Shown: piece after piece, positions 26,860-32,000 of the stretch
Layout: the number at the start of each line of letters is the position of its first letter
How positions within the stretch are numbered: position 1 is the stretch's first letter
Origin: Geopsychrobacteraceae bacterium
Lineage (GTDB): Bacteria > Desulfobacterota > Desulfuromonadia > Desulfuromonadales > Geopsychrobacteraceae
Direction: 5' to 3'
DNA: 32,000 nt
Assembly: GCA_963677215.1 (NCBI GenBank)
Contig: OY781919.1
Location: forward strand, 2,701,138 to 2,733,137
Program-made: the position numbers and the translations under genes
Notes under the pieces: generated by a model
Told to the model about the DNA's origin: nothing
Seen by the model: the letters and a program-made list of their open reading frames with translations, nothing else
Database searches by the model: none

Positions 26860-26887
26860 CAGGACCCCGGTTTTTATCGGGGTCCTG
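26860..26887 (+). terminator. GC-rich hairpin after rpsA (no U tract; weak terminator or stabiliser)
   Basis: Perfect 10-bp stem: caggaccccg (26860-26869) pairs with cggggtcctg (26878-26887) around loop gtttttat. Confidence 0.4.
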
Positions 26888-26900
26888 ATCAATTGTTGAG

Positions 26901-27785
26901 ATGAAAAAACGACCTTTTTTAATGGCGGCCTGCGCCGTTGGCGGCGTTTTTGTTTTTTTTCTGCTGGTCATCCTGGCCGCAGGACTACTTCGCCAAGGCA
27001 GCTTTCATGTACCTGTTGGTGCCAGAATCGGCATTATCAAAGTTCGTGGAACTATTACCGACTCGGGGCTCCTGCTCCAGCAGATTGACCAATTCAGAAA
27101 ACAGAATACTGTCAAGGCTGTCATCTTACGTGTCGATTCTCCCGGTGGCGGGGTAGGTCCCTCGCAGGAGATATACGAGGAGCTTAAGCGTCTGGCTGCC
27201 GAAAAGCCCCTTATTGTTTCGATGGGGTCGGTTGCTGCATCGGGTGGCTATTACATCGCTGTAGCCGCACAACGTATCTTCGCAAATCCCGGAACGATCA
27301 CCGGCAGTATTGGCGTCATCATGTCTTTCCCTGATTATCAGGAATTGATGGGTAAGGTCGGTGTTAAAACGGAAGTCGTCAAGAGCGGACGTTTCAAGGA
27401 TGTCGGCTCGTCAACCCGTGATTTTACCGTTGAAGATCGTGCTTTGCTGCAAGGCTTGATCGACGATGTTCATCTGCAGTTTATCGAAGCAGTGAGTGCC
27501 GGGCGCAATATTCCGGTCGAGCAATTGATACCGCTTGTTGACGGGCGTATCTTTACCGGACGCCAGGCTCTGGAAAAGGGGCTGATTGATGAATTGGGCT
27601 CACTGCCGGATGCTGTGCGTTACGCAGCTCAGCTAGTCGGTGCCGGTGATGATCCGGAACTGTTGTATCCGGATGAGCAACCCGCCGGGCTGTGGGAACG
27701 TTATCTGAATTCTGCGGTAACACGGCTTGGTTTTGACCTGAATCTGAATTCTCCGGTGGGCCCTCAGTTTATCTGGAGCCGATAA
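26901..27785 (+). CDS. sppA: Signal peptide peptidase SppA, 36K type
   Basis: N-terminal TM helix, then 'VDSPGGGV', 'GSVAASGGYYIA' (catalytic Ser region) and 'GSIGV'. 294 aa. Confidence 0.9.
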   Translation: MKKRPFLMAACAVGGVFVFFLLVILAAGLLRQGSFHVPVGARIGIIKVRGTITDSGLLLQQIDQFRKQNTVKAVILRVDSPGGGVGPSQEIYEELKRLAAEKPLIVSMGSVAASGGYYIAVAAQRIFANPGTITGSIGVIMSFPDYQELMGKVGVKTEVVKSGRFKDVGSSTRDFTVEDRALLQGLIDDVHLQFIEAVSAGRNIPVEQLIPLVDGRIFTGRQALEKGLIDELGSLPDAVRYAAQLVGAGDDPELLYPDEQPAGLWERYLNSAVTRLGFDLNLNSPVGPQFIWSR

Positions 27786-27831
27786 GTCCGATTTGATGGA
27801 ATAACTTTTTTGAGAAACATGGATGGGAATA

Positions 27832-28110
27832 ATGACTAAAAGCGAATTGATTGAAAAACTTTCTGATGGTCATGATCTTCTGAACAAGAAGGAAGCAGAA
27901 ACGGTCGTTAATCTGATTTTTGGTGGTATTGAGCAGGCCCTTTCCACGGGCGATCGTGTCGAAATTCGTGGTTTTGGTTCCTTCTCGGTCAGGGAGCGGG
28001 AAGCGCGGGAAGCTCGTAACCCCAAAAGTGGCGAACTGGTCAAGATTCCCTGCAGGAAGACTCCTTTTTTCAAGACGGGCAAGGAGTTGCGCGAGAGGGT
28101 TGACGAGTAG
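27832..28110 (+). CDS. ihfB: Integration host factor subunit beta
   Basis: 'MTKSELIEKL', 'IRGFGSFSV', 'ARNPKSGE' and 'FKTGKELRERV'. 92 aa from ATG 27832. rpsA-ihfB linkage as in E. coli. Confidence 0.9.
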   Translation: MTKSELIEKLSDGHDLLNKKEAETVVNLIFGGIEQALSTGDRVEIRGFGSFSVREREAREARNPKSGELVKIPCRKTPFFKTGKELRERVDE

Positions 28111-28122
28111 AGTAAGGATATG

Positions 28123-28153
28123 AAAAAGGCCCTGTGAATCAGGGCCTTTTTTG
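28123..28153. terminator. Bidirectional rho-independent terminator after ihfB
   Basis: aaaaaggccctg (28123-28134) pairs with cagggccttttt (28140-28151) around loop tgaat. An A run upstream and a T run downstream make it usable on both strands. Confidence 0.85.
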
Positions 28154-28345
28154 ATTGATCTCCAGGATGCCGGACTAACTCTGTTCGTCTGACCTTAGCT
28201 ATACGCTTAAGTCACAGATGATGCTTCAGGCGTCCTGCTTATGGACAGGCTTGCTCACCACATCACCACAGAAATGACAGGCCAAAAGGAACGTTGGTCA
28301 CGAGACCAGAATTAATCCGCGCATCCCAGATAACCGGACTCTAGT
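28123..28345 (-). ncRNA. Candidate ~220-nt minus-strand small RNA (hypothetical; family not recognised)
   Basis: The interval is ORF-free. It is bounded by a minus-strand promoter-like element (28352-28379) and the bidirectional terminator at 28123-28153. Confidence 0.2.
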
Positions 28346-28351
28346 AGGTCT

Positions 28352-28379
28352 ATACTATCAATTTACCGGCATTTTTCAA
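28352..28379 (-). promoter_or_regulatory. Candidate sigma70-type promoter reading leftward into the ORF-free spacer
   Basis: On the minus strand: TTGAAA (28379-28374), 16-nt spacer, TAGTAT (28357-28352). Confidence 0.3.
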
Positions 28380-28421
28380 TCTTCTAAAAAAGTATGAATA
28401 GTGCTAAGATGGCGTGTTGTT

Positions 28422-29351
28422 ATGTCTAGCAAATGGCAAATTCATAAACTGAAAGTAGAGAATGTCGGAGCGGATCGTCTGGATCTGTTTCTGGCATCTT
28501 CAAACTACGACATTTCACGCAGCAAAGCTAAAAAAATCATCGATATCGGTGGAGTTCACCTGAACGGAAGGAGAGTCAGGAGCTGTTCTCAGTCTGTACG
28601 TCCCGGTGATTCCATTGAGATTTATATCGATCCGTTTCCTCTCGAGCCATACCGGCTCAGTGCAGATCAGGTCCTGTTTCAGGACAAATTCCTGATTGTT
28701 GTCAATAAGCCGCCCTACGTTGATACCCAGCCGACCCATGCCAGGTATAAGGGGACCCTCTACGAGGCGCTGCAGGTCTACCTTCAGGATCCATTCAGGC
28801 CGCGCCTGAAGCCTGAGCTCGGTATGGTTCAGCGGCTGGACCGCGGGACATCGGGGATTATGGCATTTTCAACCCATCAGCGTGCGCATAAAGAGATGAC
28901 TGCTATGTTTGTCGAGCATCGCATCGATAAGCGCTATCTGGCTCTGGTCAGGGGTGTATTTACCGAGCCGCAGGGTGAGGTCCGCAGCTTGCTGGCCCGA
29001 TCGCGGCAGCAGAACAGGGTTCAGTCTGTCGTTCGAGGGGGCAAGGAAGCGATCACCCGCTATCGGGTTGTTGAACAGTACGCTGACGCGGCACTGGTCG
29101 AGGTTGAGTTGTTGACCGGTCGTTCGCATCAGATCCGCGCTCACATGTCAGAACTGGATCATCCTCTGTTTGGAGATGTCAAGTATGGCGGGCCGAAGTC
29201 GCTTGCTTCTGTTGTACTGAGCAGGCCCATGCTTCATGCTTCAAAGCTCAGTTTCAAGCACCCGGTAATGGGTTCTGCTCTGGCCTTTGAGCTCGATCCT
29301 CCTGAGGATATGCAGGCCCTTCTCAAATTTCTGCGTGAGGAAAGACGATGA
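28422..29351 (+). CDS. RluA/RluD-family rRNA pseudouridine synthase with N-terminal S4 domain
   Basis: ATG 28422. 'RLDLFLA' (S4 domain), 'VQRLDRGTSG' (catalytic Asp) and 'GRSHQIRAH'. 309 aa. An extended -10-like TGcTAAGAT at 28402-10 argues against the GTG 28401 start in the track. Confidence 0.88.
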   Translation: MSSKWQIHKLKVENVGADRLDLFLASSNYDISRSKAKKIIDIGGVHLNGRRVRSCSQSVRPGDSIEIYIDPFPLEPYRLSADQVLFQDKFLIVVNKPPYVDTQPTHARYKGTLYEALQVYLQDPFRPRLKPELGMVQRLDRGTSGIMAFSTHQRAHKEMTAMFVEHRIDKRYLALVRGVFTEPQGEVRSLLARSRQQNRVQSVVRGGKEAITRYRVVEQYADAALVEVELLTGRSHQIRAHMSELDHPLFGDVKYGGPKSLASVVLSRPMLHASKLSFKHPVMGSALAFELDPPEDMQALLKFLREERR

Positions 29352-30127
29352 CTTACCCGCATATCGATCCGGTCATTCTCTCGTTGGGTCCACTGGCTAT
29401 CCGCTGGTACGGACTGATGTATCTGTTAGGCTTTGTCGGCGGCCTGTTTATGGTCAGGCATGTTGCCCGGTTACGCAATTTTGCTCTTGATAAAGAGGGC
29501 ATTTCCGATCTGTTGTTCTATGCCGTCGTCGGTGTAATCGTCGGCGGTCGCGTCGGCTACACTCTTTTTTATAATGCCTTCTATTACCTCCATCATCCTC
29601 TGGAAATCCTCTATGTCTGGGAAGGGGGGATGAGCTTTCATGGCGGGCTTATCGGTGTGGTCATCGCTTTGGTTGTTTATTGCAAGAGAAAGAAACTGCC
29701 GCTGCTGATGATCGGTGACCTGGTTGTCGTTGCGGCCCCCATCGGTCTGGCCCTGGGACGTCTTGGCAACTTCATCAATGGTGAGTTGTGGGGGCGGGTG
29801 ACGGATGTTCACTGGGGAATGGTTTTTCCTGGTGCGGGACCTTTGCCTCGGCACCCCAGTCAGCTCTACGAAGCGTCCCTTGAGGGGGTAATACTGCTGA
29901 TTGTCATGTACCTTCTTCATCGGACGAAGCCGGCAATGGGGGTCCCGGTTTTCGTCTTTCTGCTGGGTTACGGTTTGTTGCGTTTCATTGTTGAGTTTTT
30001 CCGTCAGCCGGACAGTCAGTTAGGCTTTCTCTGGGGGGGCGCAACGATGGGGCAGCTTCTCTGTGTTCCGATGATTGTCATCGGTTTTTGCGGTATGATA
30101 CTGCTGTTGAACAAGGGCAAGGAATGA
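29348..30127 (+). CDS. lgt: Phosphatidylglycerol-prolipoprotein diacylglyceryl transferase
   Basis: ATGA overlap with the upstream gene. 'IRWYGLMYLLGF', 'GGMSFHGGLIG' and 'GRLGNFINGELWG'. 259 aa. Confidence 0.94.
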   Translation: MTYPHIDPVILSLGPLAIRWYGLMYLLGFVGGLFMVRHVARLRNFALDKEGISDLLFYAVVGVIVGGRVGYTLFYNAFYYLHHPLEILYVWEGGMSFHGGLIGVVIALVVYCKRKKLPLLMIGDLVVVAAPIGLALGRLGNFINGELWGRVTDVHWGMVFPGAGPLPRHPSQLYEASLEGVILLIVMYLLHRTKPAMGVPVFVFLLGYGLLRFIVEFFRQPDSQLGFLWGGATMGQLLCVPMIVIGFCGMILLLNKGKE

Positions 30128-30744
30128 AAACACTGCAAGCTGTAATATTTGATTGTGATGGTGTCATGTTTGACAGCAAGGGAGCGAACCTTGCTTATTA
30201 TAATCGTATTTTGACCGAGTTTGGTTATGAGCCGGTATCGATGGAACAGCAGGAGCGGGCGCACCTCTGTCATACCGGTAGTTCTGCAGACGTGATCAGA
30301 GCACTGATTGCTGAAGATCAGTTTGAGCAGGCCATGAACTTTGCGATGTCACTTCACTATGAACCCTTCATCCCTGAAATGCGGCCAACAGAAGGACTGT
30401 GCGAGGTTCTCGACAGGCTGCACGACAACTATCCCCTGGCGATTGCGACGAATCGTGGGCGCAGTATCGATCTGGTCCTGGAGTACTTCGGACTGGAGCG
30501 TTATTTTGATGTGGTTGTCAGCTGTCAGGATGTCAAACGCCCGAAGCCAGCTCCGGACATGCTGCTTCTGGCCGTTGAGAAGTTAGAGGTTGTAGCCGGA
30601 AACTGTCTGTTCATCGGAGATTCCGAACTGGATCAGCGGGCTGCGCAAGGTGCCCGGGTTCGCTTCGCCAGCTACGGTGGGGCCGTCCCCGGTGAAGAGT
30701 TCGCGTTAAACAGTTTGAACGGTTTGTTTGATTATCTGGATTGA
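30124..30744 (+). CDS. HAD-IA family hydrolase (phosphoglycolate-phosphatase-like)
   Basis: ATGA overlap with lgt. Motif I 'VIFDCDGVMFDS', motif II 'IATN' and motif IV 'IGDSELD'. 206 aa. Confidence 0.85.
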   Translation: MKTLQAVIFDCDGVMFDSKGANLAYYNRILTEFGYEPVSMEQQERAHLCHTGSSADVIRALIAEDQFEQAMNFAMSLHYEPFIPEMRPTEGLCEVLDRLHDNYPLAIATNRGRSIDLVLEYFGLERYFDVVVSCQDVKRPKPAPDMLLLAVEKLEVVAGNCLFIGDSELDQRAAQGARVRFASYGGAVPGEEFALNSLNGLFDYLD

Positions 30745-30746
30745 GA

Positions 30747-31181
30747 TCATCTGAGTTTTTTACTCAGAATCATAACGTTGAGACTGTCCTCACGATGGTT
30801 GTACAGGTTATCCATCAGTTCACGCATCAGATGGATGCCACGTCCACCTTCATCGCTGTGGCGGGAGGCCTTCTGGCTCTGCGAGTGCAGATCGAATCCA
30901 CGCCCCTGATCATAGATCTTGATGACAAGTTCCTGATCAGAGGCTGTGATAAGAATACGGACGCTTTTTTCCGGATCGCGATTGTTGCCATGGTCGATCG
31001 CGTTGGCAATCGCCTCGGTCAGCACCAGATTCAGATTGTAGGGAAAGTCAGCCCACTCTTTGCCTTTCGGCATCAGGGAGTTGGCTAGATCTTCGCCCAT
31101 GCGACCGACCATTCCCAGATACCTGGTGTCACTGGGAATGGAGATGTCGATTCTGATTTTTGGCGCGCTGCGATCTTTCAT
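30747..31181 (-). CDS. Anti-sigma-factor-type serine kinase (SpoIIAB/RsbW-like, HATPase_c)
   Basis: 144 aa. N-box 'LTEAIANAIDHG', G1 'YDQGRGFD' and G2 'GGRGIHLMRELMD'. It starts 6 nt after the STAS gene. Confidence 0.85.
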   Translation of the reverse strand: MKDRSAPKIRIDISIPSDTRYLGMVGRMGEDLANSLMPKGKEWADFPYNLNLVLTEAIANAIDHGNNRDPEKSVRILITASDQELVIKIYDQGRGFDLHSQSQKASRHSDEGGRGIHLMRELMDNLYNHREDSLNVMILSKKLR

Positions 31182-31187
31182 ATGGCT

Positions 31188-31523
31188 TTAGAAGCTTCCA
31201 AGTGCTTCTTCGGCTGTGGCAAAAATTTCAAAGACACGATGCAGGCGGGTCAGTTCGAACATCGACCGGACCTGAGGCTGAAGGCAGCAGAGTTTGAGAT
31301 TTCCTTCGCGGGCACTGGCGTTTTTGAAGCCGGAGACGAGGGCTCCGAGGCCTGATGAGTCGATAAAACGAACGGCACCAAGGTCAATCACCAGGTTGGC
31401 TTTTCCCTCGTCGAAAATCTGCAGCATGCGTTCCTTGAGATCTCCGCTGTTGTGAGCATCCATACGTTCTTCATTGACAGTGATGACGACAATGTCACCT
31501 TTTTCATTCATATCCAATTGCAT
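31188..31523 (-). CDS. STAS-domain anti-sigma-factor antagonist (SpoIIAA/RsbV-like)
   Basis: AAGGAG RBS. 111 aa with 'VRFIDSSGLGALV', which carries the conserved phosphorylatable Ser (S56/S57). Confidence 0.88.
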   Translation of the reverse strand: MQLDMNEKGDIVVITVNEERMDAHNSGDLKERMLQIFDEGKANLVIDLGAVRFIDSSGLGALVSGFKNASAREGNLKLCCLQPQVRSMFELTRLHRVFEIFATAEEALGSF

Positions 31524-31667
31524 AAAATGGTCTCCTTGAGTTGCCGTTAGCGTTTACGCTGGCAGGTTATTTAAAGGTGTTATTAGTAGCTTTTCTGCTT
31601 CGATAACGATTTTTTTACAGCCTGCAAGCGATTATAACCGACTTGACCCATTTAGGGTGAATATCTT

Positions 31668-32000
31668 TTACATTTTGACCTTCATGGTCAGCAGTGTCAC
31701 GTCGTCTTTGAAATGACGGACACCGGTGAAGATCCGAACCTGATTCATGATGAAGTCGATCAGTTCATCCGGTGGCAGTGAGCTTCCCTCTTCAAGTAGC
31801 TTGGTCAACCGCTCCATGCCAAATAGCTGATTGTTGCGATCTTCGGCTTCTATGATGCCATCGGTATAGAGTAGCAGGATGTCACCCGCATGGAGGGTGG
31901 TGACTTTTTCTTCGTAGGTCAACTCTTTCATGATACCAAAAATCAGCCCTTCTGCGTCGAGAGCTTCGCAGCGGCCATCTGCAGCTCTCCAGACCAGCGG
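31668..32000 (-). CDS. PP2C-type (SpoIIE/RsbU-like) serine phosphatase, C-terminal part (5' end outside the window)
   Basis: The minus-strand frame is open to the window edge (I translated 31932-32000 by hand as PLVWRAADGRCEALDAEGLIFGI with no stop). 'HAGDILLLYTDGIIEAED' and 'DDVTLLTMKV' are typical of the SpoIIE-domain C-terminus. Confidence 0.85.
   Translation of the reverse strand, partial: PLVWRAADGRCEALDAEGLIFGIMKELTYEEKVTTLHAGDILLLYTDGIIEAEDRNNQLFGMERLTKLLEEGSSLPPDELIDFIMNQVRIFTGVRHFKDDVTLLTMKVKM

Noticed and set aside
25525-26892. 455-aa ORF antisense to rpsA
   Set aside because: Same reasoning. The plus strand is ribosomal protein S1 with six S1 domains, and the antisense product has no recognisable motifs or RBS.
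28154-28400. SRP RNA, tRNA-like remnant or GEMM riboswitch in the ihfB-rluD spacer
   Set aside because: Conserved cores (the SRP 'GGUCCGGAAGGAAGCAGCC'-type motif, the tRNA T-loop GGTTCGAATCC, the GEMM 'GGCAAACC...ACGCAAAGC') are not present on either strand. The region is kept as an unclassified candidate only.
28401-28421. GTG 28401 as the start of the pseudouridine synthase gene (as in the ORF track)
   Set aside because: It has no RBS, and the added 'MLRWRVV' has no counterpart in the family. An extended -10-like TGcTAAGAT overlaps it. ATG 28422 places the S4 'RLDLFL' motif at the usual distance from the N-terminus.

Overview
This is a gene-dense 32-kb core-genome segment, transcribed mostly on the + strand. 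The protein sequences look Desulfuromonadales/Geobacter-like to me, but that is unverified. I support 34 CDS (2 cut by the window edges). I found no rRNA, tRNA, CRISPR array, IS element, transposase or integrase.

Gene blocks, in order:
- leuA/cimA (3' end)-leuC-leuD, then leuB with its own promoter
- an orphan ecfT-like gene, then truA-rplM-rpsI
- argC
- a translationally coupled pair: a membrane-anchored kinase-fold protein with degenerate catalytic motifs, and a YkuD (L,D-transpeptidase/YafK-like) protein
- a small DUF1858-like Cys protein (-)
- queA-tgt-yajC-secD-secF plus a TM-anchored TPR protein
- recJ and a murB-like gene
- a class I aminotransferase (-), divergent from pheA-tyrA-aroA-cmk-rpsA-sppA-ihfB
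- rluD-family-lgt-HAD hydrolase
- a PP2C phosphatase / STAS / HATPase-kinase partner-switching module (-) with no sigma factor gene in view

Most of the window is ordinary housekeeping DNA in well-known conserved gene orders. The items most worth a second look are:
1. The pseudokinase-TPR / YkuD pair at 7251-10684. The two proteins share a paralogous C-terminal domain, and I propose them as a candidate cell-wall sensing module.
2. A 270-bp ORF-free spacer at 28154-28421, with a minus-strand promoter-like element facing a bidirectional terminator (candidate sRNA).
3. Nested inverted repeats filling the tyrA-aroA spacer.
4. The sigma-less partner-switching module.

All protein calls rest on motif recognition by eye from the ORF track. 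No database search or folding computation was run.
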